Under the pieces are notes generated by a model. The model was not told the DNA's origin. It saw only the letters and a program-made list of their open reading frames with translations, and did not search any database. Of a stretch of 44,872 bases of DNA, positions 1-11,389 are shown one piece after another (position 1 is the first letter of the stretch; each line of letters opens with the position of its first letter). The position numbers and the translations under genes were made by a program. Origin of the DNA: Nemertoderma westbladi (taxonomy: Eukaryota; Animalia; Xenacoelomorpha); NCBI GenBank assembly GCA_032718475.1, contig JAUCBJ010005721.1:1-44872 (forward strand), given 5' to 3'.

Positions 1-66
1 TTGTCGTCATATGCTAAAGGTGTTTTAATTAACTAAAAGACATATAAATTTTGGCAGGTTAAACTG

Positions 67-2586
67 CTAAAGGTCTTCAAAAGCGCGAACAACAGCAGTT
101 TTCGTATGCGTTGAAATTTTTGACTGTTGGCACTTTTGGCAAGCTTTCGCCCACATTTTAATTTCGCGTCGCATTCCAGGCCAGATATAGCGGTTACTTA
201 TTAAATTGAAAGTACCATCTGGTCCAGCATGAGAAAGTTCATGAAATTTATCAAAAATATGATGTCGCAAAATTGAAGGTAAGTATGGTCGATTATGGCC
301 TTTTGATTTGTCGCACACTAGGATATTACCATCTTCTAAATGTGCGTATTGTAAAGGTAAAGTAGTTGACTGAAAGAAACTTTGTAGCGATTTATCTTGC
401 TTTTGAGCAGTGGCTAGTTTCGAATTATCATTTGTATCAAAAAATATGGCCGCTAGGGGGCGTGATAAAGAATCAGCTACAATATTTTCGGCTCCCGCTA
501 TATATTTAATTTTACAGTTGTACTCAGAAATATATGAGAGCCAACGGGTTTGTTGGGGTGTGGGATTTTTCATCCCTAAACAATTTACAAGTGGCTTATG
601 GTCTGTAAAAATTGTAATGTGCTGACCTAAAAGCCAATCGTTATGTTTGAGAGCAAGATAAATCGCTAACAGCTCTTTGTCGAAAGCTGACTTTCTCTGT
701 TCAGTTTCAGACAATTTTTTTGAAAAGAAACTGATCGGTTCAGATACGTTATTTACAACTTGGTGGATGACGGCACCAACCGCCTGGTCTGACGCGTCTG
801 TTGTCAAGGTTACAGGAGCGTCAGGCTTTGGAAATGATAAAGTTACAGCATTTTTAAGACTCTTCTTTAATTTTGAAAAAGCCTGTTTTGCTTCAGCTGA
901 CATTTCGAAATTTTCGGGGATGTCAAACTTATTTTTATTTAGATCAGTTAGAGGCGCTGCTACGTCAGAAAAATTCGGCACAAATCTATGATAGTAACCT
1001 GCCATTCCGAGGAACCGACGCAATGATGATCGATTTTTGGGCTCTGGAAAATTTGCCATGGCAACTATCTTTGATTTGATTGGTTTTACACCTGTATCCG
1101 AAATAGTGAAACCAAGAAAATTTACTTCACGTTTAAAAAATTCGCATTTCGAGCGTTTAGCTGTTAGACTAAATTTTCGTAAACGTTCTAGAACGAGTTG
1201 AATGTCTCTATGGTGCTGCTCTATGCTAGGACTTGCAACCAATATATCATCTATGTATCCAACTGCACAATTGATGTCGTACAGTGTAGTGTCAATCAAC
1301 CTTTGAAAGGTTTGACTGGCATTACGCAGACCAAAAGGCATACGTGTGAAAAGAAAAAGTCCAAATGGGGTTGTAATTGCCGTTTTTAAGATATCGTTTT
1401 TAGCCATTGGAACCTGATAATAGGCCTTTTTGAGATCTATTTTACTGAAAATCTTGCACCCTCTTAATTTATCAGTTATATCCGCAATGTTTGGCATTGG
1501 ATAATTATCGCGTACAGTCATACTGTTCAATTTTCTATAGTCACCACAAGGTCGGATACTGCCATCTGGTTTCTTTACACAATGTAATGGTGTAGCCCAT
1601 GGGGACTCACTACGTTTAACAATACCCTGTCGTAATAAATTGTCAAATTCGTTAGAAGCCGCTGATAAACGGTCTCCGTATAAACGGCGTGGTTTTGCGA
1701 AACAAGGTTGTCCTTCCGTCACTATATGGTGTTCCACAGAGTGATTCACAAATTCAGTAGCTAATTTGGGTTTGAAAACGTCGCCATACTTGTTCAAAAT
1801 TTTGCTTAATTGTGGATTAATATCAGATGTGATACTTTCAACTCTATGTGATGTAATTACAAACACATTGGAATGCGAACTGGCATCATATACACCACAC
1901 ATCCACGGTACTGCGATAACACTTAATAAACAAAATAAAATACCTGCACTAAAGACTAAGATAGACCATGTGGACGTGGACGAACATAGCCACATAATGG
2001 GAAATATGATATACTTAAACCACAATAAAAATAGTTCCATATTACTAGATAATGTACCGGTACCGTTATTGGAGCTAGAAAATCTAGTTTTACTTGAAAA
2101 TACACTGTTCGTGTTGCCGTTATTACTAGGCGCACCTGATTTCCGTGATTCACTAAATGTAGGTTCAAATTGATTAAAATACACTGTACATTGTGCACAA
2201 TCTATGTTCACATGAAAATATTTCAAAAAATCTAATCCGAGAATGGGTTGGATAACATCGGCTACAATAAATGTCCACTTAAATGTATGGTCGTCTAACT
2301 CAGAAACCGAAAATTCAAGCTCACCTTCACCAAAAATATTAATATTGGACTGATTTGCAGCTGTCAAAGTATGTGATGTTTTGGGTTTGAACTTGTTCAA
2401 AAGACTAATATAAGATTGTGGTAAAATTGAGAAGTCACTTCCTGAATCAACAAGGAACGTACCTACAGTATCTGACGATACATATACAGCATTAAGTGCA
2501 CTGCGATTCCTAGAGCTACTAGTATAGTGGGGATGATTGCTCCGCTCTGTAGCCGGGGCACTGCAGTCGCTGGGGGTTGGTTGCAA
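67..2586 (-). CDS. pol: Ty3/Gypsy Pol (protease, RT, RNase H, integrase zinc finger); integrase core absent
   Basis: 839-aa ORF with FLVDSGS protease, PCGDYRKLN, FSKIDLKKAYYQ and GYIDDILV RT motifs, LTTDASD/FTDHKPL RNase H and HELSH...CQKC integrase zinc finger. The ORF stops just after the zinc finger. Confidence 0.95.
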   Translation of the reverse strand: MQPTPSDCSAPATERSNHPHYTSSSRNRSALNAVYVSSDTVGTFLVDSGSDFSILPQSYISLLNKFKPKTSHTLTAANQSNINIFGEGELEFSVSELDDHTFKWTFIVADVIQPILGLDFLKYFHVNIDCAQCTVYFNQFEPTFSESRKSGAPSNNGNTNSVFSSKTRFSSSNNGTGTLSSNMELFLLWFKYIIFPIMWLCSSTSTWSILVFSAGILFCLLSVIAVPWMCGVYDASSHSNVFVITSHRVESITSDINPQLSKILNKYGDVFKPKLATEFVNHSVEHHIVTEGQPCFAKPRRLYGDRLSAASNEFDNLLRQGIVKRSESPWATPLHCVKKPDGSIRPCGDYRKLNSMTVRDNYPMPNIADITDKLRGCKIFSKIDLKKAYYQVPMAKNDILKTAITTPFGLFLFTRMPFGLRNASQTFQRLIDTTLYDINCAVGYIDDILVASPSIEQHHRDIQLVLERLRKFSLTAKRSKCEFFKREVNFLGFTISDTGVKPIKSKIVAMANFPEPKNRSSLRRFLGMAGYYHRFVPNFSDVAAPLTDLNKNKFDIPENFEMSAEAKQAFSKLKKSLKNAVTLSFPKPDAPVTLTTDASDQAVGAVIHQVVNNVSEPISFFSKKLSETEQRKSAFDKELLAIYLALKHNDWLLGQHITIFTDHKPLVNCLGMKNPTPQQTRWLSYISEYNCKIKYIAGAENIVADSLSRPLAAIFFDTNDNSKLATAQKQDKSLQSFFQSTTLPLQYAHLEDGNILVCDKSKGHNRPYLPSILRHHIFDKFHELSHAGPDGTFNLISNRYIWPGMRREIKMWAKACQKCQQSKISTHTKTAVVRAFEDL

Positions 2587-3218
2587 CGTTGCATCTGTCT
2601 TAATGCCGCCGACGGTTTTCTATCTCCCAGCTCATGAGAGACCAAGAGTTTGCGGAAACGTCGTTCGTCACTATCGGCTAAGTGGACTATAATGTTATGT
2701 TTAATGATATTGTAACTTTCGTCTAAATCTACTCCTGCCTCGAGGATAGACTCGGTTGGAATGGCCGCCAGGATATTCGCTTTCATCGATACCGCACTTT
2801 GTCTGAGCAGAACCGCCTCTGCCTGCGCGAACCACACCCGAACATCTTTCGCATAAAATTCCGGCAATCGTAGTTTCTGATATGGAGTATTATGTGAAGG
2901 CGCATTGAATGAACTGCTACCCGTAGCAGCTTCAGTTGCGCCCGCTTTCAGCAGAAACTCGACTGCTGAAGGGTTCTCTTTCATTAGGGCGTCGATAATC
3001 TCTGATTTGAGTCGCGGCGCGATGTACGTGTCATCGTGGCTATTCAGCCGCTTCAATGTTTCAAGCAGTTCGGCTTTCCGGAATGTGTTAAGATTCGGCA
3101 TCTTGTAAATTGTGGAGTATGGTTCGGAATTACCGGTATTTGCTGAATACTGTATAAATAGTCCTCCTACTGAAAAAAAAAACCCGCTGAGTGCTGACAG
3201 GATCGTCTGGGTCACCAA
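2463..3218 (-). CDS. gag: Ty3/Gypsy Gag, truncated or frameshifted near 2590
   Basis: LRLPEFYAKDVRVWFAQAEAVL and LGDRKPSAALRQM are typical of invertebrate Gypsy Gag. It lies between the PBS and pol, and no zinc knuckle is visible. Confidence 0.8.
   Translation of the reverse strand: MVTQTILSALSGFFFSVGGLFIQYSANTGNSEPYSTIYKMPNLNTFRKAELLETLKRLNSHDDTYIAPRLKSEIIDALMKENPSAVEFLLKAGATEAATGSSSFNAPSHNTPYQKLRLPEFYAKDVRVWFAQAEAVLLRQSAVSMKANILAAIPTESILEAGVDLDESYNIIKHNIIVHLADSDERRFRKLLVSHELGDRKPSAALRQMQRCNQPPATAVPRLQSGAIIPTILVALGIAVHLMLYMYRQIL
3207..3217 (-). promoter_or_regulatory. Primer-binding site of the Gypsy element
   Basis: The minus strand reads ...CCCACA-TT-TGGTGACCCAG: TGG (complement of tRNA CCA) starts 2 nt after the LTR CA end. 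Confidence 0.8.
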
Positions 3219-3219
3219 A

Positions 3220-3467
3220 TGTGGGCGCGAGGAAACAGTTTGTTACCGGTACACAGAAATTCTTTATTCCAATTTTATTGTCCAATATTAGGCATATGTA
3301 TATTACTGATTACCGACACACACACAGAATGAATTAATCGATTTATATAGGCCTACATTACATATATATAATAGCATGCCAGTACGGTAGGATGTCAAAG
3401 GTCAAACTGCCTGTGTGAATGGTGTAATCAATATGAAATATAATTAGGAATGATAATGAGGGTTACA
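3220..3467 (-). repeat. 5' LTR of the Gypsy element (about 248 bp)
   Basis: Minus strand starts TGTAAC at 3467 and ends ACA at 3220, with TATAAA near 3345 and AATAAA near 3265. CRE-like coding similarity ends at 3468. The partner LTR is not in the window. Confidence 0.75.
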
Positions 3468-5900
3468 GGGGGGATCACCCCCGGGTATTAGCAGTTGCAG
3501 AGGCTGTGATAACTTGAGAGAATGTTTGTAACAGTCATTGAAGTCTGATGGCTGTGAGATGGCCATACCCCCCTCCCTCACTGGCAAAGAGAGTAGTTCC
3601 CTTTCTGCCCTAGCAGGGGCATGCCTGCTAGTGAGAGCCGGTATAAACCTGGTACTGACAACCTCCTCGAATTTATCTAACTGTTGGACGAAGTTTGGTG
3701 TGGTTCTCGCCAGAAAATTCAACCTCGGTAGTATTCCACGGACCATGCAACAGTAGGATGGGTGTGGTGCGGATTGTGATATTTTTGCTAAATCGCCAAC
3801 CAAGTCACAGAGTTTAGTAACCCGCTGCTTAATATAATCTAGACAAACTGGTTGGGCACCCAAAACGGAACCCAAGACCCTGTAGCCCTCTAAAATTTGA
3901 ACACCTGCGCCCTCAAATAATGATACTGCGGCATGTCTGTACTCAGATTTGACAATCAGTTTTGATTTCGAGCTGTTTGGATAATAGCCGTATTTGGGGC
4001 CAATTTGACAAACCTTGCCCCAATAATCCCTTAACGTAGTCAGTTTCCCGATCATTTCTCTGTAATCGCACTGCTATTCTGACGCACAAGCAAATTCGTT
4101 GCTGTAGCCTCCATATGATCGCCAACATGCACTGGAATTTTGGAGTTTACAAGATTGTCTGAGCTATCTGGCGACTGAAATCCCACTTCATTACTGTTAG
4201 TAGAAGTAACACAGGGTAGGGTGGCTGTATTTAGGCGTTTGATCATTGGAAGTATTCCTATGGCGTACATGGCGAGGGCCAAAGAGTCCCCCTGTGTGGT
4301 TCCTTAATATGACCAAATTGTTTCACCCTCAACAAACATGCGTACTGGATTACGATAGGTGTTTATATGAACTGTCGCCAAAGGGGGGCAAATTACCTGG
4401 ACATTATGCAATGTTAATGATCTGTTCAGGGCGTTAAAGGCATTTGTAGTATCTAGGAGTATTATAGCCTCACAGTCATTTGTATCATAGCAATCTCGTA
4501 ACGAATGTATGGATTGCCCGATCCCCGCGAGTTGCCCAAGACACAGCTGCGTGTTGCCGCCTAGCACCTCAAGGTCGGCTCCAATGGGACGTACCCCAGG
4601 GGATTTGTCCAGTGGTATCAGACGACACGCATTGAATGCATCCATTACAACCGGATCCAAGGTATTCTACCGCCATGCATCGGGCGGCTCCTGCAACAGC
4701 ATTCCATAGGGCAACCGATGTGTTCCCGAAAGCCGTCAACATACGCCGCCATGCCTCGGCATCGGCTCCAGAGGGGCCGGCTGAGCCATGTGTGCGAAGT
4801 GTTGCTTGGTGCACTGTGTCACTATTGATGCCGTTAAATATTACTGGATGGAAATCGATAACACCTTCCCAATTATGTTCAATCATGGATGGGTCAACAG
4901 GTGCAGCAGGTGGGTGTTTTTCTTTCAGTATCTGTCTAATGGGTGTACCATTGACACACAAATCTAGATCCAAGACAGAACCACCAGATTTGTTTTCCAG
5001 AATATTTACTGCTGTAGCAACCCGGCCGGAAACCATACTGTTAATAAATCTTCTCCTGAGCTTCTCATCTGGACTTAATTTCATAAGGTTTTTCCTCTTC
5101 CTCGCCTAGAGGGCTCGTCCCTCCTGCAACAGCTCCCTAAAATTACCAGAGCTCCAGAGTTCGAGCCGTCTATTAAGTGTCTCACTAAGACTTTCAGCAT
5201 AGGTGGTTGTTGTTGAAGGGTTACCTGCACTCTGTAGTAACAGAGCCGGTGCTGTCATGATGGCGGTTATGGCTACGTTCCCCAGGTTGACCTTCTCTGC
5301 AAAAGCTTTCAGTAAATCTGTGATCATGGCCACATATCGACGGCCAGCTACGGACCTTGGGACCTCAAATAGGGCTGGCCTCCAATGTACTATTTCACTA
5401 TATGCATCCTTCAGTTGAGCATGTATAATTTCCCCTGGAACTCCATTCCAACTAAAAGATGAAACACATGGGGTAAATATTGGTAACTCGTCTAAGTGGG
5501 AAGATGGCCCTGGTTCTGTTAGGGATGGTGTTAGGCACATCACCAAAAAGCTGTCCCACCAGCGTATCGGCATTGGCACTTGTATGGATAGATGATGGAG
5601 GATGTTGGTTGTTCCCAGGCTCTGGATGAGTTGTGATCACATCAGGGTTATGTATCATTGTTCTCTCAAGGGTAGCATTGGTGCTATTGGTGTCCGAGTC
5701 AGACTCTTCTGTAATAGTTAGCTCCATATGATTAAACTCATGTGGTTCAGATGAATGGATGCCTTGGTTTGCCGTAAAATCAACTCCCGCGGTATCGGAA
5801 GGTCCCGAGGTGTTCCGGTCGACGACAACCGTTGACAATAATTCTGGGACAATAATTCTCGATCCCGTGTAGTCGCTGTACCCACTTTTCTATTGGTTGT
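3468..5900 (-). mobile_element. Degenerate CRE-clade (RLE-type) non-LTR retrotransposon, interrupted by the Gypsy element
   Basis: Frameshifted ORFs with GSAGPSGADA, ACRLIPLDKSPGVRPIG, DTTNAFNALNR, TTQGD..ALAMYAIG, GPKYGYYPNSSKS and LSLPVREGG. Same motif order as the copy at 31316-35129. Confidence 0.8.
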
Positions 5901-6684
5901 TCTGCGTATTTATCTACAGGTATGGATATGGTATTTAGTAGGACTAATTGATTATGCTTGTTTCATTGTTACATATTTTTGTCAATCCGTGGTGACAGGT
6001 AGTAGATAACTGTAGAGGCAGTGGCGGAAGATATTCATAGTGAGTCCGAACCAGAGCCACAGGCTATAGTCACTCGAGGGGGGGGGGGGGGGGGGGGGGG
6101 GAATAATAAACGCACCCGATTACCTATAATTGAGCTAAGTAAACAATAAATTAACTCAATGTGAACTAGGGCTGTACTTAATTAATCATCTTCTAATGTA
6201 ATGTGCAATGATATATTTCACTGGTATTATTGTAAAATTAAAAAACGACAGTTCTTTAATGGAGGTAGAAAGTTTACAGTTTTTGACAAAAGTGACATGT
6301 CACTGACAGACAAACACAGAAAAACACAATCAAACAGACAGAGAGACGATTTTCATGACATATTTTCATTTGATACCATTACTTTTATTGGTGGTTCAAC
6401 CTTTCTAACCCCCCTGATTCAAGCTTTATGGGGTTGGAGGCGGGAACCAGAAAACTCGGCTCGGAAAAACGCTTATTTCTCATATAATACATGATTTCAG
6501 AACCTTAATATCCAATAGTTGCTGAATAGATTATTTTATTTATTTGTGCAATTTCAGCCTGAAGCTACGATGTGGAACAGAATCAATAATTTTTTTGTAA
6601 GTTTTGGTTCAACCCTCCTTACTCTCCCCATAAAATTACCATTTTCGTGATTAATACAAAATAAATCTTCACGTAAGAAAATAC

Positions 6685-6848
6685 GAACCACGTTCAACAA
6701 TCTCTCCATCTTGTAAAACTAATATGTTGTCGGCTGAAACAATAGTAGAGAGTCTATGAGCTACGACTAGACTGGTTCGGTTCGTACAAATCTTCTTGAG
6801 ACTATCCTGAATATTTTGTTCTGTTTTAGTGTCTAATGAAGACGTTGC
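6685..6848 (-). CDS. ABCB6: ABCB6-like exon 9 (D-loop and H-loop)
   Basis: ttcag|GCA...GGT TC|gtat; ATSSLDTKTEQNIQ...VVAHRLSTIV...GEIVERGS. In phase with the previous exon. Confidence 0.9.
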
Positions 6849-8039
6849 CTGAAATGGTAAAAGATAAATCGCAACTTTCATTTGTTTGTAGGTGATTGAA
6901 TAATAAAATGTGTTATTTTTACAACTATTCATAACATTGACTACCGGTGTTTGTTGTTATTATTGGTGTTCTACAATAATTGGAGAGCCATTTTAGGACA
7001 ATGGGTTGCCATTGGCCAGAAGGCCTAATAGTAAGAAAGTCCGAAATTGAACAAAATTTCTTATATTAGAGCATCATAACTTTAGGGTTAGGGCTACATG
7101 ATATTATAAATTGCCCTTTGTGTCTCTACTAGTGTAACCCTACACGTTCTGTAACTCGCGAGGATAATAACAATTTGTACCTATTCGGCGGTTTTAAAAT
7201 TTTAATAAACAGCGGGAGCCATTCATACATTTATTATGTGTGGCGCTGGCGAGCCAAGAAATCTAGATGAGCCTCTACACTACATAGCGGGGAAATGAGT
7301 GGGACCGTTTGTCGTCGTCGATTGAAATGTCTGAAGGCTAATAAGTCGGCCGATCATTGATGAATTGGAACCAAGCTTGGTACACATGTAGTCCATGAAA
7401 ATATTAAAATTTTTACACCCAACTGACTTATATTGTTCCTCTATAAACTGGTAGGGTGAGTGACTAGATCCATAGTTGCTACTGTACGTAAAGGCTGATC
7501 TAGACTGCACTGAGCGTATTCCCTTTTTACGTGTAATTCCTGAGTAGGTATTTGCATGATGGCACCAGGCACACCCTCTCAGTGGCTACAGTAAGAACCT
7601 GATAGAGGATATTGAGATTGTGGTTCTGGAGGGTTGCCTTTGTTACTGTAGCGACCTAATCTACTGGAGAATTTTAGCAATAAAGAACGCGGCCACGGTG
7701 GGAAACCAATTCAGATATTGGCAACCCAATAACAACAATGGTGGATTCAGTCGCCACCAAATCAACCACTAAGTAAGGGGAACAATCTCACCATTAAACC
7801 ACATGTGCAATATAGTGTAGGTAATAATAATGTATACCATACCCATGTAACAATAGAGAAGGCCAGTGGTATGGATATTTGAGTAAAACTATATAATATG
7901 TTGCAACCTCATTATTATAGCTAGTTGTGTGTGAGCATTTAGATAGGGTGAAGTAGCGAACTAGTTTCTACCGATCAGTTAGCAGCCATCAAGAATCAAT
8001 TAGTACAGTTATTACCTACGCCATACAAATTGATACCCT

Positions 8040-10847
8040 TATACAAGACAATGATATTGACACAGCCACAAAACTGTTAACAAACTGCAATCAAACTCTA
8101 CACATCCGAAAAGAAGCGATCGATGACATGATAAACCTTGGTTTAATGACCAATGTAGAGAATTAAAAAGGAATCTACTTACTGCTATGGCCAAGCGGAA
8201 GATCTCAGATACGGCACAGCAGGAATTTTGGAACCAAAGAAGGGTATACTGTACAAACGTATCATAGGACAGAGGAGAAGCTCCTACGAGGATGATCTAC
8301 TCATAGAGAAAGTAAACCGCGTGGAAATGAAACCCTGGGATCTTTTTAAAGACCGCAAACCATCAGTTGCCCCCATTTACTATTCTGTACTCAAAACCCA
8401 CTTCCAAGCCCTACTAGGAGAAAATAATATTCTGCTGGACTGCCCTGCCATCCTGATGACAACCACACATGAGAAAAAGGCAATCCACATGGTATAACGA
8501 TGAAATAACGGAAGAGGAAGTAATTATAGTAGAACGGAATGGAGGTTAATCTTATAAAAACGAAAGTCGTAAAGTTCAGGAAAGGAGGGAGACTAGGTAT
8601 TACTGCCGAACATTTCATTTTTGGTGAATGTAGTATACTGAATACTATGCTGGCTATCGTGTTAAGTGCAATTAATGTGCATGGCTTTCTTCCCGAGAGC
8701 ATAATCCATAGCGTACTTGTACCCATAATTAAGGATAAAAATAATACAATTGATGATAAATGTAACTATAGACCAATTGCGTTATCAGATATTTTCAGTA
8801 AGATATTCGAATATATATTATTTGCTCGTATAGAAACATATCTAATTACAAGTGATTTTCAGTTTTCGTTTAAGTCCAAAAGTGGTACCGAATTATGTGT
8901 TTATAGTTTAAAAGAGATCATTGATTACTACTTACACAATGACTCATCCGTTTACGTATGCTTTCTTGATGCTAGTAAAGCTTTTGATCGAATTGTGCAT
9001 GATACGCTTTTTTATAAGTTATTGGATAGAAATATACCGCTATTTATTATTAGGACTCTAATTTACTGGTATAGGTTTCAAACTCTACAGGTCAAATGGG
9101 GGTCTACATTAACTGATAAGGTTTCATGTAACAAATGGTGTAAAACAAGGCGGTATTCTAAGTCCGTATTTATTTAATGTGTATATTATGGATAACTTAT
9201 CGGATAAACTTCTGTGCACTAATGTTGGATGCATGTTTGACGGTGTACAGAATTAACCATTTAATGTATGCTGACGACATCTGTTTATTATCTAACTCTG
9301 CCGTAGGTTTACAATTACTAATAAATACGTGTTTTGATTACAGTATCAGCCACATTATTTTGTTTAACCTAAAGAAATCAAAGGTTATGTTTTTCAATCA
9401 CCGTTCGAGCAACCTAGTTAATATGGCACCTATGTACTTACACGATAGAGTAATTTCTAGAACCGATAAGTATATTTACTTAGGGCACGTCATTCATGAA
9501 AGTAGAGATGATGATTACGATATCAAGAATGTAACTAGAGGCTTATATGCACGCGCAAATACATTATGTAGGAAATTTAGTAACTGTACGAACTCAGTGA
9601 AACTTACACTTTTTAGGTCATATATCACTCCACTATATTGTAATGCTTTATGGTCGTCTTTGAATTATTCTGAGTTTGTGTATAATCGACTGAAGGTTGC
9701 TTATAATTCGGCTGCACGTATATTTTTCAAGTTACCTTTCCGTTCTAGTATGTCTTTATTTTTTGGTACCAATAATTTACCTTGCTTCATTCATATTCGA
9801 TATTGTTCCATACAAAGTTTATACAATAGGGTAAACAAGACTAATAACAATATTGTATTAATGGTTAATATGTGCACATTGCATAGTTCCAGAATATGGC
9901 TGAATCGATTTGGGGTAGGAGATTAATTAATTAAATACATTTATATTACATTTACATCTACATTGTGCTACTTAATTTACGTGGGTATGTATTATGGTTT
10001 GATTCTATTTATGAACCGGATTAAATAAATATAATAATAATAACTAGCCCAAAGCGAAAAGTTTATATATGATGGTAAACAAATTATAATATCTAATAAT
10101 TACAAATATTTGGGAGTATTTCTACAATCCTCACTGAGCTTCTCGCAGCATATTAAATCGAAAAATAAAACGGCTTACAGTATCATTGGAACACTCAATC
10201 ACCTCACACTTTTATCTGTGGAAACAGGATTAAAAATATTTAATGTAAAAATAGCACCCATTGTCTCCTATGCAATTCAAGAAATGGGGCGATTCCTCTT
10301 GCTACAAAATCTAAAGGACATTAACAAAGTAAAGACAGCCCATATCAAATGGTTACTGGTACTTCATACCTCAGTGTCCTCTACACTAGCCCTCCACCTC
10401 ATAGATGAAAAATCCTTTGTGGAGAAACTGAGCTACTGAGCCTTCCGAGCCGAGCACAAATCTAACTTTATCGAGGAGCAGTCGAGGCTCCTCGATGTGG
10501 AAGAATCCCGGCCAAAAGAACAGACACATCATAATGTCGCATGGTTTCCATCACAAAATGTGCACCAACCGTGCGCTGTTCCACCTGCTATCTCCAGTCT
10601 GCGTCTGCAGATTCCATAAAGAGAGTTGTCAACTCCGCTAACACGTCCTCACCTGCTCTGCATCCCCATCGCTCACCCTTCTCTCAACGGCAACTCCGTT
10701 ACTTTTTAATGTTAACTTTCTAACGTGTTTTTAGCATCAGTCAATTTTATAATAATTTATCAGTAATTAAAAAATGTAAATGTAAATTTTTTAACTCAGA
10801 TTTCATTAATTACCCCGAGTGGGGGTATATCTATAAAAAAAAAAAAT
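8040..10847 (+). mobile_element. Degraded APE-type LINE (clade unassigned), split by the insertion at 8597-10042
   Basis: KPWFNDQC and MEVNLIKTKVVKFRKGGRL continue after the insertion as AQSEKFIYDGKQI...YKYLGVFL. A poly-A lies at about 10835-10847. Most of the RT core is deleted. Confidence 0.65.
8597..10042 (+). mobile_element. 5'-truncated RTE-X-like LINE with (TAA)n tail and ACTAG target-site duplication
   Basis: GITAEHF, NYRPIAL, FLDASKAFD and NHLMYADD, with frameshifts near 9120-9240. AATAAA then (TAA)n at the 3' end. ACTAG at 8592-8596 and 10043-10047. The clade label is less certain than the LINE call. Confidence 0.8.
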
Positions 10848-11175
10848 AGTACAGTTATTATCCAACATCAGTATTATATTACATTACGTTTGACAGTCTG
10901 TTTTAAACATACATATACAATACAATACAATATACATTATACATATCATAGTCTACCGAAACATCAAACCCCTTATTAACTGTATGAACCATCCACATCT
11001 GGCTGGCCGCATAGTCGCACAAGCTCACGTTTATGATACGGCGTGCAACCACACGACTCGGTATAGTAACAGCATTAGTTCGATTCACTTGTTCCGTAAT
11101 CATGTTCTATTTCATTTACAGTAATTTACTTTGCTGGTAGTTTATATATTTTTGAAACGGTGTTAGTTATCTCAC

Positions 11176-11389
11176 CTCGTCAAGAAGGATAATCTGTGGG
11201 GATTTGAGTAAAGTTCTCGCTATAGCTACGCGTTGCTTCTCACCCCCAGATAATTTGAGTCCTCGCTCTCCAACAATCGTTTCATAACCTTGTGGAAATG
11301 TTTCGATTCTAGAATGTATATCTGCTGCCTTAGCAACACTCTCAATGTCATCATCACATGAAGAAATGTTGCCATAAAGTATGTTGTAT
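11176..11389 (-). CDS. ABCB6: ABCB6-like exon 8 (ABC signature and Walker B)
   Basis: ccttccag|A TAC AAC...GAC GAG|gtgag; YNILYG...[33 protein letters not shown]. Read by hand, not in the ORF track. Confidence 0.93.

Noticed and set aside
6078-6100. Poly-G tracts (also near 22200, 25611 and 29438) as functional G-quadruplex elements
   Set aside because: Homopolymers at TE junctions with unreliable length and no other support.
6540-6600. ATMWNR as the last ABC exon
   Set aside because: It is on the wrong strand. No matching terminal exon was found in the window.
7280-7620. Possible tyrosine-recombinase (DIRS) relic
   Set aside because: The similarity needs frameshifts and lacks the catalytic H..R and Y motifs.
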